Assembly (NCBI GenBank): GCA_902632145.1
Contig: CACPBH010000001.1
Location: 16,553 to 80,552 of the forward strand
Direction: 5' to 3'
Origin: an uncultured Pelagibacteraceae bacterium
GTDB lineage: Bacteria > Pseudomonadota > Alphaproteobacteria > Pelagibacterales > Pelagibacteraceae
Length of the DNA: 64,000 bases
Shown: piece after piece, positions 29,882-41,445 of the stretch
Numbering within the stretch: position 1 is the stretch's first letter
Layout of the letters: the number at the start of each line of letters is the position of its first letter
Position numbers and translations under genes: made by a program
The notes under the pieces: generated by a model
Database searches by the model: none
Told to the model about the DNA's origin: nothing
The model's input: the letters and a program-made list of their open reading frames with translations, nothing else

Positions 29882-31963
29882 ATGAATACAAACTTTTTAG
29901 ATAGTGTAACAAATTTTTTGAAAAAGCGAACCTTTGAATTGCTAGGTTTAATCCTAGTTTTATCAAGTGTCGCACTCGCGATAGCTTTTACAACATATTC
30001 TCCTGAAGATCCTTCATTCATTTATGGGGATAGAAGTTTCGAGATCCAAAATTTTTTTGGGATTTATGGAAGTAGCGTTGCAGATTTTTTATTACAAAGT
30101 TTCGGTTTGGCCTCTTTTTTATTATTACTTAATTTTTTGTTTTGGGGATTAGATTTAATAATAAAGAAAGAATTAAGAAGAATAATTTTAAAACTATTTT
30201 TAGTTGTAGCATATTTAACTGTTGGAACAGTTTTTATCTATTTAACATTCGATAATTCTTTTTGGTTAATTGATAATGGCAATTCTGGTTTCGTTGGAAA
30301 AATAACATATAACTTTATTAATACTTGGGCTCCGTGGATTGATAATACATATTCAATTTATGGACTGCTTTTATTAACTATTATTTTTTTTTCATTTTCA
30401 GCAGATATAAATTATAAAAAAGTATTCTCATTAATTATTTCACTTTTTAGAAGAAAGCCTGTGGAAAATATTGAACCAGATTTTAGTAAAATTAATATTG
30501 AAGACCAGCCTCAGACATTGGAAAAGCCACAGCAATCTTTTTCATTTGATACTGACACAAGTTTTCAAACAGAGCAAGTCGCTACAAAAAATAAATATAA
30601 ATTACCAGATATAAATTATTTAGAAAAAAATTTATCTAAACTTAGTTCTGACGGAAATAAAAATCGTCCTGACGCTGAGTTTATGGAAAAAATATTATTA
30701 GACTTTGGTATAGACGGAAAAATTAAAACAATAAATAATGGTCCTGTAGTAAGCCTTTATGAATTTGAACCAGCGCCTGGTGTAAAAGTATCAAAAATAA
30801 TTAATTTATCTGAGGATTTAGCAAGAAATACTAGTTCAACTTCTACAAGAGTTTCCGTCATTCCTGGAAAGAATACTGTTGGAATTGAAATTCCTAACGA
30901 AGAAAGGGAAGGCGTATCACTAAGAGAAATAATTTCTTATGATAAATTTCAAAAGAAAGATGTGAGACTTCCAATAGCACTAGGTAAAAGTATTTCGGGA
31001 ATGCCAATTGTTGGTGATTTAACATCAATGCCTCATCTTTTAATTGCAGGTACCACTGGTTCAGGAAAGTCTGTTTGCATTAATACAATAATTGTTTCTC
31101 TACTTTACAAACTAAGTCCAGACCTTTGTAAATTTATTTTAATTGATCCAAAAATGCTAGAGCTATCTACTTATGAAGGAATACCTCATTTATTAACTCC
31201 AGTTATTACTGATGCTAAAAAAGCCACTTCAGCTTTATCTTGGACAGTCAAAGAAATGAACAGCAGATATAAATTAATGAGTAAGGTGGGTGTGAGAAAC
31301 ATTGATGGCTATAACGCTAAGCATAAACTTAAAATGCCTTACATAGTTGTAGTGGTTGACGAGATGTCAGACTTAATGCTTGTAGCTGGAAAAGAAATTG
31401 AAAACTACATTCAAAAATTATCACAAATGGCAAGAGCTGCAGGTATACATATCATCATGGCTACACAAAGACCTAGTGTCGACGTTATAACTGGTACAAT
31501 TAAAGCGAATTTCCCAACAAGAATATCTTTTCAAGTAAGTTCCAAAATTGATAGTAGAACTATTTTAGGAGAGCAGGGTGCCGAGCAATTGCTTGGTAAA
31601 GGAGATATGTTATTTATGTCGTCTGCAAATAGAATAGTTAGAATTCATGGCCCATATGTTTCTGAGCAGGAAATAGAGAAAATTACTAATTCATTAAGAG
31701 CTCAAGGTGAACCAGATTATATGGAAGAGATTACTTCCCAAGAAACAACTGAAAGCTCATTAACTCCTGGAAGTGAGGGAGATGAAGATGAATTATTTAA
31801 TCAGGCTGTAGAAATTATTAAAACTGAAGGTAAAGCTTCTACAAGCTTTTTACAAAGAAAATTACAGATAGGATACAATAGAGCTGCTAGAATTATTGAT
31901 ATGATGGAAGAAAAGGGTATTGTTAGTAAGGCAAATCATGTTGGTAAACGTGAAGTTCTTTAA
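29882..31963 (+). CDS. ftsK: DNA translocase FtsK
   Basis: N-terminal TM region, HLLIAGTTGSGKS, VDEMSDLM, ATQRPSVDVITG, gamma domain IGYNRAARII. Confidence 0.97.
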   Translation: MNTNFLDSVTNFLKKRTFELLGLILVLSSVALAIAFTTYSPEDPSFIYGDRSFEIQNFFGIYGSSVADFLLQSFGLASFLLLLNFLFWGLDLIIKKELRRIILKLFLVVAYLTVGTVFIYLTFDNSFWLIDNGNSGFVGKITYNFINTWAPWIDNTYSIYGLLLLTIIFFSFSADINYKKVFSLIISLFRRKPVENIEPDFSKINIEDQPQTLEKPQQSFSFDTDTSFQTEQVATKNKYKLPDINYLEKNLSKLSSDGNKNRPDAEFMEKILLDFGIDGKIKTINNGPVVSLYEFEPAPGVKVSKIINLSEDLARNTSSTSTRVSVIPGKNTVGIEIPNEEREGVSLREIISYDKFQKKDVRLPIALGKSISGMPIVGDLTSMPHLLIAGTTGSGKSVCINTIIVSLLYKLSPDLCKFILIDPKMLELSTYEGIPHLLTPVITDAKKATSALSWTVKEMNSRYKLMSKVGVRNIDGYNAKHKLKMPYIVVVVDEMSDLMLVAGKEIENYIQKLSQMARAAGIHIIMATQRPSVDVITGTIKANFPTRISFQVSSKIDSRTILGEQGAEQLLGKGDMLFMSSANRIVRIHGPYVSEQEIEKITNSLRAQGEPDYMEEITSQETTESSLTPGSEGDEDELFNQAVEIIKTEGKASTSFLQRKLQIGYNRAARIIDMMEEKGIVSKANHVGKREVL

Positions 31964-32507
31964 AAAAAAATTTTTAATCTCGTTTTTTCTATTAATAACA
32001 ACGAGTTTAATAGCTAATGAAAAAGATCAAATAATTGCTCAATTAAATAGTTTAAATTCTTTAGAATTTACATTTGATCAATTAATTAATGAAAAAACAG
32101 AAAAAGGAAGTTGTCTTTTAGAGTTTCCTGGAAAATTAAAATGCAATTATTTTGACGACAAGAAAAAAGAACTAGTTATTAATAATAAGAGGTTAGCAAT
32201 AACACAAAAGAGGTATAATAAGACTTACCATTATCCTATTTCAAAATCTCCATTCCTAAATATTTTATATAAGGATAAACTCTTAGCAATAGTACAATCA
32301 GGGGAATTAGAATTAACTGATGAAATAATTAGGCTTGTATATTTTGGTGATAACGAAATTACAGTTTTTTTTGATAAAAAAAATATGGATTTGAAAGGAT
32401 GGGAGATTAAAGATCAATACAACAATAATATAAATTTCTCCCTTAACATTATTGCTAGAAATGACTCTTATAAAAGAGACACCTTTAAAGTACCTGAAAT
32501 AAACTAA
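31950..32507 (+). CDS. lolA: Outer-membrane lipoprotein carrier LolA
   Basis: Likely GTG start at 31950, signal peptide, FTFDQ...PGKLKCNY; downstream of ftsK. Confidence 0.8.
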   Translation: MKFFKKKFLISFFLLITTSLIANEKDQIIAQLNSLNSLEFTFDQLINEKTEKGSCLLEFPGKLKCNYFDDKKKELVINNKRLAITQKRYNKTYHYPISKSPFLNILYKDKLLAIVQSGELELTDEIIRLVYFGDNEITVFFDKKNMDLKGWEIKDQYNNNINFSLNIIARNDSYKRDTFKVPEIN

Positions 32508-33010
32508 GCCACAAAATCAATTTCTTCTTCTTTGAAAATTTCAAAGCCTTTGGATTTATAATTTTGTAATGCGTGTTTGTGGTCTAAACTACAAGTATGA
32601 ACCCACATTCTTTCAGGATTTTTTCTTGATGCGCTTGCAATAGCATGATTTACAAGTGTTGAACCAAGCTTCAAACCTCTAAATTCTTTTAGCACTCCTA
32701 GATTGATAAGCTCTACTTCATTTGATCCAGGATGATATTCTTGTTCGTAATATCCTACTAAATCTTCCCCTTTTTTAAGAACGTGCGTTTCTAGATTTTT
32801 ATTCGTTACATACTTTACCCACTCACTATCAGACCAAAGTAATCTGTCTCTCCAATAGTGATCTACGCCTATTTGTTTATAAAAAAATCTGTTTAGGTAG
32901 AAATTATCTTTGTCATCCAAAATAATTTTAAAGTTTTCCGGAAGATTCAAATCAATAGTTTTTGAAAAATCTTTTATTTCTAAGAAATATCTTTTAACTC
33001 TTGAAACCAT
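32504..33010 (-). CDS. GNAT-family acetyltransferase
   Basis: EFRGLKLGS acetyl-CoA motif, WVHTCSLDHKHALQNYKSKGF. Confidence 0.88.
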   Translation of the reverse strand: MVSRVKRYFLEIKDFSKTIDLNLPENFKIILDDKDNFYLNRFFYKQIGVDHYWRDRLLWSDSEWVKYVTNKNLETHVLKKGEDLVGYYEQEYHPGSNEVELINLGVLKEFRGLKLGSTLVNHAIASASRKNPERMWVHTCSLDHKHALQNYKSKGFEIFKEEEIDFVA

Positions 33011-33366
33011 CAGCTGACCATTTTTCCAATCTTTTCACCTGCAAATATATGAAAATGTAAATGAGGAACTTCCTGTCCGCCATCGCTGCCAATATTAGTT
33101 AAAGCCCGGTAACCTTTATCTTTTGCCCCCACTAAATTTGCAACATGTGTCACGGCTCTATTTAACTCTACAATTTCTTTTTCTGAAGCTTTACTGTTGA
33201 AATCATCAAGATCAACGTATTCACCTTTAGGAATAACTAAGACATGTATTTTCTTTTGAGGATTAATATCATGAAAAGCTAAAACATGATCATTTTCATA
33301 AACTTTTTTGCACGGGATTTCTCCTCTAAGAATTTTAGCAAAAATATTATTTTTATCGTAACTCAT
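33010..33366 (-). CDS. Histidine triad (HIT) nucleotide-binding protein
   Basis: NIFAKILRGEIP, GQEVPHLHFHI. Confidence 0.95.
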   Translation of the reverse strand: MSYDKNNIFAKILRGEIPCKKVYENDHVLAFHDINPQKKIHVLVIPKGEYVDLDDFNSKASEKEIVELNRAVTHVANLVGAKDKGYRALTNIGSDGGQEVPHLHFHIFAGEKIGKMVS

Positions 33367-33635
33367 TTCTGTCTTTTCTTAAGTTCGCTCATCACATCTT
33401 CGATTTTTATGTTATTAGCCTCTAAGTAAACCATTAAATGATAAACCACATCGGCAGCTTCGTGTATCTTATTTGAGTTTTTTTCCACAGATTCTATTAA
33501 TTCGCTTATTTCCTCTTTTACTTTTGCAACACTTAGGTTTTTATCGTTCAAAAGTTTATTAGTATAAGACTTATCTGGAGAAGAATTTTTTCTCTCTCTG
33601 ATTGTTTTGATTAATTGTTCTAAGTTTTCAAACAT
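33363..33635 (-). CDS. hisE: Phosphoribosyl-ATP diphosphatase
   Basis: SYTNKLL, KVKEE, HEAADVVYHLMV. Confidence 0.93.
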   Translation of the reverse strand: MFENLEQLIKTIRERKNSSPDKSYTNKLLNDKNLSVAKVKEEISELIESVEKNSNKIHEAADVVYHLMVYLEANNIKIEDVMSELKKRQK

Positions 33636-33636
33636 T

Positions 33637-34395
33637 TTATAACCTTACTGATACATTTTTAGAATTCAAATATTCTTTAACATCTTTGATTTTATATTCG
33701 CCATAATGAAAAATAGAGGCTGCTAATACTGCACTTGCTCCACCTTTAACTATGCCATCATATAAGTGATCTAGAGTTCCAACTCCACCGGAAGCTATTA
33801 CAGGAATATTAGTGTTATTCGTAATAGTTTTTAATAAATCAACATCGTATCCAGATTTAGTTCCATCTTTATCCATTGAAGTTAATAAAATTTCTCCGGC
33901 TCCATTTTCTTCTACTTTTTTAGCAAACTCTACTGCATCGATACTAGTTTTATTTCTTCCACCGTGTGTAAATACTTCCCATTTATTGTCTGAAACTTTT
34001 TTTGCATCGATCGCAACAACAATGCATTGAGATCCAAATTTTTTTGAAGCTTCCTTAACGAAATCGGCATTTTTTACAGCAGCAGTATTAATAGAAACTT
34101 TATCTGCACCGGCTAACAGTAAATCGGTAATATTTTGAATAGTTCTTACTCCACCTCCAACAGTTAAAGGAACGAAACATTCTTTCGCAGTTTTTCTAAC
34201 AATATCAATAATGGTTTCTCTATTTTCATTTGAAGCGGTAATATCAAGGAAACAAATCTCGTCAGCGCCACCGTCACTATAAATTTTAGCTTGTTCTACT
34301 GGATCTCCAGCATCTTTTAATTCAACAAAGTTAATGCCTTTAACGACTCTTCCATCTTTAACATCAAGACAAGGTATAATTCTATTCTTAAGCAT
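33637..34395 (-). CDS. hisF: Imidazole glycerol phosphate synthase cyclase subunit
   Basis: [31 protein letters not shown]. Confidence 0.97.
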   Translation of the reverse strand: MLKNRIIPCLDVKDGRVVKGINFVELKDAGDPVEQAKIYSDGGADEICFLDITASNENRETIIDIVRKTAKECFVPLTVGGGVRTIQNITDLLLAGADKVSINTAAVKNADFVKEASKKFGSQCIVVAIDAKKVSDNKWEVFTHGGRNKTSIDAVEFAKKVEENGAGEILLTSMDKDGTKSGYDVDLLKTITNNTNIPVIASGGVGTLDHLYDGIVKGGASAVLAASIFHYGEYKIKDVKEYLNSKNVSVRL

Positions 34396-35113
34396 CAATC
34401 TCCTTTGCTAAATCATCTAGTTTAATATCACCGTCGTAAATAGCTTTGCCGATAATAATACCTTCAATTTTATTATTATTTAATTCTTTAGCTTTCTTAA
34501 CATCGCTTATTGAAGAAACACCTCCTGAAATTATAACAGGACAATTAGAAAGTTCTGCAATTTTTATAGTCTCGTCAAAGTTAGGACTAGTTTTCATTCC
34601 ATCTCTGTTAATATCTGTGTAAATTATTCTGCTTACTCCATAATTATTTACCTCTTTGAGAAAATCTATAGTTTTAACATTTATATTTTCTTTCCAACCT
34701 GACACCGAAAGATTTCCGTCTTTCGCGTCTAATCCTAAAGCAATTTGACCTTTAAACTTTTCACAAGAGTCTTTTAAAAATTCTTTATTTTTAATCGCGC
34801 CGCTACCCAAAATTACTTTCTCAGCGCCAGCATCGATATATTGTTTAATGCTTTCTGTTTTTCTTACACCGCCGCCTATCTCGATTTTAAGATCGTATTT
34901 GCTAACTATCTCTTTAATAATATCTAAATTGACTGTTTGACCTGTTAAAGCTCCGTCTAGATCAACAATGTGTAAATTTTTAAATCCGTGATCTCTATAT
35001 TTAGCTGCTTGCTCAATAGGTGAAGTTTCATATTCAGTTTTATTTCCAAAGTCACCTTTGATTAATCTTACGCATTTCTTATCTTTTATATCTATTGCAG
35101 GAAATATTTTCAT
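34388..35113 (-). CDS. hisA: ProFAR isomerase
   Basis: [30 protein letters not shown]. Confidence 0.96.
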   Translation of the reverse strand: MKIFPAIDIKDKKCVRLIKGDFGNKTEYETSPIEQAAKYRDHGFKNLHIVDLDGALTGQTVNLDIIKEIVSKYDLKIEIGGGVRKTESIKQYIDAGAEKVILGSGAIKNKEFLKDSCEKFKGQIALGLDAKDGNLSVSGWKENINVKTIDFLKEVNNYGVSRIIYTDINRDGMKTSPNFDETIKIAELSNCPVIISGGVSSISDVKKAKELNNNKIEGIIIGKAIYDGDIKLDDLAKEIDA

Positions 35114-35739
35114 TATAATTTTAAAAAGTTATCAATTACTTTTAATCCAATTTTATCACTCTTCTCAGGGTGAAACTGCGTTCCAAACAAATTATCTTTC
35201 TCAATTGCACATACGATTTTTGATGAATAATCTGTTGTTGCTGAAATGACTGATTTATCTTCAGGAATAAACTCATAACTATGAACAAAGTACATATGAG
35301 ATTTATTTTTTATATCCTTAAATATTTTACTTTTCTTTTGAATTTCAATCTCGTTCCAACCAATATGTGGAAGTTTAAATTGTCCATTTTGATTATCAAT
35401 TTTAGAAACTTTACCAGAGATCCAACCTAATCCTTTTGTTTCTGCTTCTTCATACCCGATATCTGCAAACATTTGTAAGCCTACACAAATTCCTAATAAA
35501 GGTTTCTTATTTCCAACTGCAAAATCTTTTAGCGTATCTACTAATCCAGAAATTTTATTTAAAGAGTCTACACAGCTTTTAAATGAACCTTGTCCTGGTA
35601 AAACAATCTTATCACAAGACTTAATTTTATTAATGTCAGAAGTTACCTCTAGATTAACTTTACCTTTAGCTACCTCCGTAAAAGAATTTATTACAGAGCT
35701 AATATTGCCCGATTGGTAGTCAACAATTGTGACGTTCAT
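35113..35739 (-). CDS. hisH: Imidazole glycerol phosphate synthase glutaminase subunit
   Basis: LPGQGSF, GICVG, PHIGWN, QFHPEKS. Confidence 0.96.
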   Translation of the reverse strand: MNVTIVDYQSGNISSVINSFTEVAKGKVNLEVTSDINKIKSCDKIVLPGQGSFKSCVDSLNKISGLVDTLKDFAVGNKKPLLGICVGLQMFADIGYEEAETKGLGWISGKVSKIDNQNGQFKLPHIGWNEIEIQKKSKIFKDIKNKSHMYFVHSYEFIPEDKSVISATTDYSSKIVCAIEKDNLFGTQFHPEKSDKIGLKVIDNFLKL

Positions 35740-35744
35740 CAATT

Positions 35745-36335
35745 TTAAATAGAGCCTTTTGTCGAAGGTATTGAGTTTTTTATTCTTTTATCAATTGCTA
35801 AAGCATCTTTTAATGATCTAGCCAAACCTTTGTAACATGACTCAATCTTGTGGTGACTATTTTCACCGTAAATATTTTCTATGTGTAAAGTAACTCCAGC
35901 TGATTGTGAAAAAGCTTGAAACCATTCCTTAAACAATTCTGTATCCATTTCTCCAAGCTTCTCAACTGGAAGATTAACTTTCCAAATTAAATAAGGTCTG
36001 TTCGATACATCAATCGAAACTCGGCTCAAAGTTTCATCCATAGGAATCATTGTTGATGCGTATCGCGTTATTCCTTTTCTATTACCTGCTGCTTTTTTAA
36101 TAGCTTCACCAATTGCTATACCAGTATCTTCAGTAGTGTGGTGTAAATCTATATGCGTGTCACCTTTTGCTTTAACTTCTAAGTCTATTAGAGAGTGCTT
36201 TGATAGTTGCTCCAACATATGATCCAAGAAACCTATTCCAGTTTTGATTTTATACTTTCCCTTTCCGTCTAAATTGACCGCGACAGAAATACTGGTCTCT
36301 TTTGTTTTCCTTGTAATTTTTGCTTTTCTACTCAT
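35745..36335 (-). CDS. hisB: Imidazoleglycerol-phosphate dehydratase
   Basis: [35 protein letters not shown]. Confidence 0.97.
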   Translation of the reverse strand: MSRKAKITRKTKETSISVAVNLDGKGKYKIKTGIGFLDHMLEQLSKHSLIDLEVKAKGDTHIDLHHTTEDTGIAIGEAIKKAAGNRKGITRYASTMIPMDETLSRVSIDVSNRPYLIWKVNLPVEKLGEMDTELFKEWFQAFSQSAGVTLHIENIYGENSHHKIESCYKGLARSLKDALAIDKRIKNSIPSTKGSI

Positions 36336-36394
36336 AAACAGTGCCGATTTACCTTTGATATATATTTAAATGGTCATTTTATCAATAAATCACT

Positions 36395-36425
36395 ATTGAA
36401 GATCTTGAAATAATCTCCACATATA
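36395..36425 (+). promoter_or_regulatory. Putative RpoH promoter of hslVU
   Basis: ATTGAA-N17-CACATATA ending 5 nt before the hslV ATG. Confidence 0.5.
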
Positions 36426-36430
36426 ACTCC

Positions 36431-36970
36431 ATGAATACAGCTGAAAAATGGCATGGTACTACAATTGTCCTTCTTAGAAAAGGCGGGGAGACCATTGTAG
36501 CAGGCGACGGTCAAGTCAGTCTTGGTAATACAGTTTTAAAAAGTAAAGCCAAAAAAGTTAGAAAAATTGAGAGCAGGGGAGTAATAGCAGGTTTCGCTGG
36601 ATCAACAGCTGATGCTTTAACTTTATTTGAAAGACTAGAAGCAAAATTAGAAAAACATGCCGGCAATTTACAAAGAGCAGCTGTTGAGTTGGCTAAAGAT
36701 TGGAGAAGTGACAAATTTTTAAGAAGGTTGGAAGCATTAATGGCAGTAGCAGATAAAAATCACAGCTTTATAATATCAGGAACTGGTGATGTTTTAGAAC
36801 CAGAGGATGGAATAATTGGAATAGGATCTGGAGGAAACTATGCTCTTGCAGCTGCAAAGGTATTAATTGAGACTGATATGAAAGCAGAAGAAATCGCAAG
36901 AAAAGCATTAAAAGTAGCATCAGATATCTGCGTATTTACAAATAATAATGTAACAATGGAAAAAATTTAG
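36431..36970 (+). CDS. hslV: ATP-dependent protease subunit HslV
   Basis: [29 protein letters not shown]. Confidence 0.97.
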   Translation: MNTAEKWHGTTIVLLRKGGETIVAGDGQVSLGNTVLKSKAKKVRKIESRGVIAGFAGSTADALTLFERLEAKLEKHAGNLQRAAVELAKDWRSDKFLRRLEALMAVADKNHSFIISGTGDVLEPEDGIIGIGSGGNYALAAAKVLIETDMKAEEIARKALKVASDICVFTNNNVTMEKI

Positions 36971-38347
36971 ATGTCTAAATCAAAAAAAGAGACAAATTTA
37001 AAACTAGTTAAAGGATCTAAAGCTGATAGCTCGAAGGTAAGCGCTCTTTCCCCAAGAGAAATAGTTTCAGAGCTGGATAGATATGTAATCGGTCAAAAAG
37101 AAGCAAAAAAAGCTGTTGCTGTTGCATTAAGAAATAGATGGAGAAGACAGGCTCTTACTGATGAAATGAGAGATGAAGTATTGCCAAAGAACATACTTAT
37201 GATCGGTCCAACAGGAGTAGGAAAAACTGAAATATCAAGAAGACTTTCTAGATTAGCTGAGGCACCTTTCATAAAAGTTGAAGCAACAAGATTTACTGAA
37301 GTTGGGTACGTGGGTAGAGATGTTGAACAAATCGTCAGAGATTTGATTGAAATTGCTATAGCGATGGAAAGAGAGAGAAAAAGAAAAGAAGTTAAGGCTA
37401 AAGCTGAATTAAAGGCAGAAGAAAAAGTTTTAGATGCTTTAGTTGGGAATAAGGCTAGCGTTGCTACAAGAGAAAGTTTTAGAAAAAGACTAAGAAATGG
37501 TGACTTAGACAATAACGAGATCGAAATAGAAGTGCAGGATACATCCTCTGGATTACAAAGTTTTGAAATACCTGGTATGCCTGGAGGAAACGTTGGTATG
37601 GTAAATCTAGGAGATATCCTAGGAAAATCTATGGGTAACAAAAAAGGTAAAAAGAAAAAAATGACTGTTAAAGAATCTCACGGAATTTTAGTAGCTCAAG
37701 AATCAGATAAAATGATTGAAGAAGATAAAATTATTAAAGAAGCCAAGAAGGCTACTGAGGAAAACGGAATAGTATTTCTAGATGAAATTGATAAAGTTTC
37801 TGCAAGAAGCGACAGGGTTGGAGGAGATGTTTCTAGGGAAGGTGTTCAAAGAGATCTATTGCCTTTGATTGAGGGCACAACAGTTAGCACCAAACACGGA
37901 CCAATTAAAACCGACCATATATTATTTATTGCTTCAGGGGCTTTCCAATTGGCCAAACCATCTGACTTATTACCTGAACTTCAAGGGAGATTGCCGATAA
38001 GGGTTGAATTAAACGCACTTAATGAGGAAGATTTCAAAAGAATTCTTAAGGAGCCAGATAACAGTTTAATAAAACAGTATAAGGCGTTGTTAAAAACGGA
38101 AGATGTTAATCTTGAATTTTCAGATGACGGCATTGACATGCTTGCTAAAATTTCTGCAGAAGTGAACTCTTCGGTAGAAAACATTGGTGCAAGAAGACTT
38201 CATACAATTATTGAAAAAGTTTTAGATGATATAAGTTTCAATGCAACAGACAATGCTGGTAAAACAATTACAGTTGATAAAAAATTTGTTCAAGAAAATC
38301 TAGGGAATTTAGTAAAAGATACAGATTTGTCAAAATTTATATTATAA
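36971..38347 (+). CDS. hslU: ATP-dependent protease ATPase subunit HslU
   Basis: [32 protein letters not shown]. Confidence 0.98.
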   Translation: MSKSKKETNLKLVKGSKADSSKVSALSPREIVSELDRYVIGQKEAKKAVAVALRNRWRRQALTDEMRDEVLPKNILMIGPTGVGKTEISRRLSRLAEAPFIKVEATRFTEVGYVGRDVEQIVRDLIEIAIAMERERKRKEVKAKAELKAEEKVLDALVGNKASVATRESFRKRLRNGDLDNNEIEIEVQDTSSGLQSFEIPGMPGGNVGMVNLGDILGKSMGNKKGKKKKMTVKESHGILVAQESDKMIEEDKIIKEAKKATEENGIVFLDEIDKVSARSDRVGGDVSREGVQRDLLPLIEGTTVSTKHGPIKTDHILFIASGAFQLAKPSDLLPELQGRLPIRVELNALNEEDFKRILKEPDNSLIKQYKALLKTEDVNLEFSDDGIDMLAKISAEVNSSVENIGARRLHTIIEKVLDDISFNATDNAGKTITVDKKFVQENLGNLVKDTDLSKFIL

Positions 38348-38761
38348 ATTTTTTAGTTTAATTAATATAGCGCCTGCTCCACCATCTTTAATTTCAGCTT
38401 CATTAATAGAGACTATAAGATTATTTAATTCTTCATCAGATTTTATGAATTCAGGAACCGAATATCTTAGTGTTCCCAGATTTTTAGAGACATAAATATC
38501 TTTATCGTTTTGGGAGTGTAAACCTTTACCAGTAATTAATAATATTTCTTTATAGTTTTTTTCTTTACATGAAAGTATGATTTCTCTTACCTTTCTGTTA
38601 GCATCATCTAAAGTATATCCGTGAAGATCATATTTGAATCTCCCGTTTCTATCATTTTCTTTAGAATAATTTTTATCTTTATCGTAAATATCAGATGGAT
38701 TTTTAATATATTCTTCCCAAGCTTTTATATTTCCTTGGTCTAGATCCTTTTTCTTGATCAC
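38342..38761 (-). CDS. Smr/MutS2 domain protein
   Basis: DLHGYT, LITGKG, GGAGA. Confidence 0.9.
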   Translation of the reverse strand: MIKKKDLDQGNIKAWEEYIKNPSDIYDKDKNYSKENDRNGRFKYDLHGYTLDDANRKVREIILSCKEKNYKEILLITGKGLHSQNDKDIYVSKNLGTLRYSVPEFIKSDEELNNLIVSINEAEIKDGGAGAILIKLKNL

Positions 38762-39360
38762 TAACTTATAATTTCAGACAAATACCAATTTGGACTTTTT
38801 TGATTAACATTTTTTGTAAACTTCCAGTTATCTGAAACAAACTTAATTTTATCAGGGTTTCCCTCAATAATTTTATTCTCTTTATCTCTTTTTACAGAAA
38901 TTACTTCAGCAACAAATTTTACAGTAGCAAACAAATTGTCTTTGATCTTTTCATATTTTTCGACGGATGATTCTTTTACACCTATAAATGTAAATTCAGA
39001 TTTTATATTATCTTTATTTCTAGCTTTAATTGCTTCAGAAAAGTTTGAAAACATATTTGGTGAAAGTAATGATTTTAATTTTATTAAATCTCCATTAGCA
39101 AAAGAAGTTAAAATAGTTTCATAAGCTATTTCAGCTCCTTTAAGAAACTCTTTTTTATCTTTTCCCTCTAGAATTTCAAAATTTTGTTTTTGTGGCTCAA
39201 CATCTTGTTTAGGAATACTGAATTTTTTCTCATCAAAGCCTGGATAGACTTTTGTTTCGTGCCCAGTTTTTCTTCCTAAAATACTTCTTAACCTCAAGAT
39301 TATAAATCCTGCAATCATACCAAGTAAAATTATGTCTAAATAACCAAAACTGTTACTCAT
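38761..39360 (-). CDS. Tim44/TimA family protein
   Basis: LRLRSILGRKTG, FLKGAEIAYE, DNWKF...PNWYL; likely start ATG 39360. Confidence 0.9.
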   Translation of the reverse strand: MSNSFGYLDIILLGMIAGFIILRLRSILGRKTGHETKVYPGFDEKKFSIPKQDVEPQKQNFEILEGKDKKEFLKGAEIAYETILTSFANGDLIKLKSLLSPNMFSNFSEAIKARNKDNIKSEFTFIGVKESSVEKYEKIKDNLFATVKFVAEVISVKRDKENKIIEGNPDKIKFVSDNWKFTKNVNQKSPNWYLSEIIS

Positions 39361-39404
39361 AATTTGATAAATATACATGAATAATATATTTTTGTATCAG
39401 ACAA

Positions 39405-39827
39405 ATGAACACATTTTTCTTAATATTTATAGTTTTGCCAGCTTTAGAGATATTTTTTATGATAAAAATTGGTTCAGAAATAGGGGCTTTAAGCACGTTA
39501 GCTCTGATTTTTCTCACAGCCATTCTTGGTGTGTTTTTTGCAAGAGTCCAGGGAATTCAAACTTTAAAATCTGGATTGATAAATTTGTATCAAAATAAAA
39601 TTCCTATTTATGAACTTATATCGGGTGCATCCATTGCTTTTGCTGCAGTTCTTTTAATTATCCCAGGATTTTTAACTGATTTAATTGGATTTATTTTATT
39701 GGTTCCGTTCACTAGGAAAATCTTGTTTAAAATTATTCTAAGAAATAAGACTTCAATCAATGAGCAAAAAAGTAAGATTGATACTATCGATGGGGAAATA
39801 GTAAAAAAGGAAAAAGATGAATTATAA
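39405..39827 (+). CDS. fxsA: FxsA family membrane protein
   Basis: LPALEI, LLIIPGFLTDLIG; fxsA-secB synteny. Confidence 0.9.
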   Translation: MNTFFLIFIVLPALEIFFMIKIGSEIGALSTLALIFLTAILGVFFARVQGIQTLKSGLINLYQNKIPIYELISGASIAFAAVLLIIPGFLTDLIGFILLVPFTRKILFKIILRNKTSINEQKSKIDTIDGEIVKKEKDEL

Positions 39828-40236
39828 AATTATAGGAAAATATATTAAAAGCTTGAATTTTAATATTCCTAATCCAAAAACTTTTTTTTTGCTTTCTAAA
39901 GATATTGCAAACTATAAAATTAATATTGAAATAAAGAGTAACCAAGTAAAACAAAATATTATTGAGGTTCTGACTTCCTTGAATTTATCAACAATAAAAA
40001 ATGATTTCGATAAAATAAATACAAAAATTGTTTACGCAACTATCGTTGAATTATCTAGTGATAAACTAGAAAAAAATGAAATGGAAAAGATTATACTTAT
40101 TGAGGTACCAACTAAAATATATAGTGAGCTTCGAAATATATTTGTTTTCTTATTTGAAAATTCTGGATTTAAAGATGTAAAAATAAGTGAAAGTGTTGAT
40201 TTTGAAAAGCTTTATCAGACGAGGAAAATTCAGTAA
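39817..40236 (+). CDS. secB: Protein export chaperone SecB (divergent)
   Basis: KYIKSLNFNIP, IEVP...LR...SGF...VDFEKLY; position between fxsA and dnaQ. Confidence 0.8.
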   Translation: MNYKIIGKYIKSLNFNIPNPKTFFLLSKDIANYKINIEIKSNQVKQNIIEVLTSLNLSTIKNDFDKINTKIVYATIVELSSDKLEKNEMEKIILIEVPTKIYSELRNIFVFLFENSGFKDVKISESVDFEKLYQTRKIQ

Positions 40237-40889
40237 AAATTTTTTTTAAGCTCTTTTTTTAAAAAACTTGTATGATTTGCTATTTCCTCTTCTGAAATTT
40301 TTACAACGCTTTTGTTATAATTTTCTTTTTTGACAATATTTTGTATCATGTTATTCGCTATAAGATTAAATTTGGGTTCTTTTACATCTAAAAGATTTAT
40401 ATATACTTCTCTCAATAACTCACAATCAAGTAAAGCATTATGCTTGGTTCTTCTAGAGAGATCTATATTAAACCTCTTACATAATGCATCAAGAGAATTT
40501 GACATTCCGGTAAATTTATTCCTTGCTATATCAAGTGAGTCGATCACTAACTCTTTTTTGATTAATTCTTTTTTTATAGAACTTAGTTCACCATTGAGAA
40601 ATCCTATGTCAAAAGGTGCGTTGTGAATTATTATTCTTTTATCTTTTATAAAATTAATAAAATCATCTGCTATTTTATCAAATGTATCTTTTCCGCTTAA
40701 AAATTGTTCTGAATAGCCATGAATCTTTTGTGCATCCTCAGGAACACTCCGTTTAGGATTTATCAATTTATGAAATACTTTTCCCGTAGGGACAAGATCT
40801 TTCGTCTCGATACAAGCAATTTCGACAATCTTATGCCCATCTTTAAATGATAATCCCGTTGTTTCAGTATCTAAAAAGATTTCATTCAT
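40230..40889 (-). CDS. dnaQ: DNA polymerase III epsilon subunit
   Basis: LDTETTG, HNAPFD, HNALLD exonuclease motifs. Confidence 0.96.
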   Translation of the reverse strand: MNEIFLDTETTGLSFKDGHKIVEIACIETKDLVPTGKVFHKLINPKRSVPEDAQKIHGYSEQFLSGKDTFDKIADDFINFIKDKRIIIHNAPFDIGFLNGELSSIKKELIKKELVIDSLDIARNKFTGMSNSLDALCKRFNIDLSRRTKHNALLDCELLREVYINLLDVKEPKFNLIANNMIQNIVKKENYNKSVVKISEEEIANHTSFLKKELKKNFY

Positions 40890-41445
40890 ATCTCTTAAGT
40901 ATATCTAATAAATTTTTTTTTAAAATATCTAAATTTTTTTCATTAACAACCACATAGTCACAATGTTTAGTTTTGTTTTTGTCACTTAGCTGTTTTGCAT
41001 TAAGTATATTAAAAAAAACTTTATTACCGCCCTTCTGTTTAAATCGTTTCATTCTCAAACTTCGTTTTGCCTTAATAAAAAGAATTATATCAAATTTTTT
41101 CATTAAACGACTTTCAACTAATAAAGGTATTTCAAAAAAAGTGAATTTTTTATTTTTATGTTTTTTAATAAAATTAGTCATTTCTTTTCTTACTAATGGG
41201 TGAATAATTTTCTCAAGTTTTTTAAAAAAAGATTTATCTTTTAGAATTTTCTTCTTAATTAAAATTTTTAAATTTGAGCTATTTGCAATTTTTAATTTTT
41301 TTGAAACATATTTTTTAAATTTTTTTTGTGAATAAAGCTTCTTGACTACGTTATCAGCACTAAAAACTGGGCCTTTTCTCCCTAAAATTTTACCAGCTGT
41401 TGATTTTCCGGAGGCAAGGGAGCCCGTTATTCCTATTCTTTTCAT
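40882..41445 (-). CDS. coaE: Dephospho-CoA kinase
   Basis: GITGSLASGKST, LEKIIHP, EIPLLVE. Confidence 0.93.
   Translation of the reverse strand: MKRIGITGSLASGKSTAGKILGRKGPVFSADNVVKKLYSQKKFKKYVSKKLKIANSSNLKILIKKKILKDKSFFKKLEKIIHPLVRKEMTNFIKKHKNKKFTFFEIPLLVESRLMKKFDIILFIKAKRSLRMKRFKQKGGNKVFFNILNAKQLSDKNKTKHCDYVVVNEKNLDILKKNLLDILKRYE

Noticed and set aside
29827-30021. 65-aa N-terminal extension of the UbiH-like ORF in the track
   Set aside because: It overlaps ftsK on the opposite strand; the FAD-binding motif begins right after ATG 29826.
36971-37040. Short basic N-terminal extension on HslU
   Set aside because: It is only about 22 residues, the start cannot be verified, and there is no motif to interpret.
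37093-37641. 182-aa antisense ORF in hslU, and the many 60-120 aa antisense ORFs in the track
   Set aside because: These are shadow frames of well-conserved genes with no recognisable motifs.
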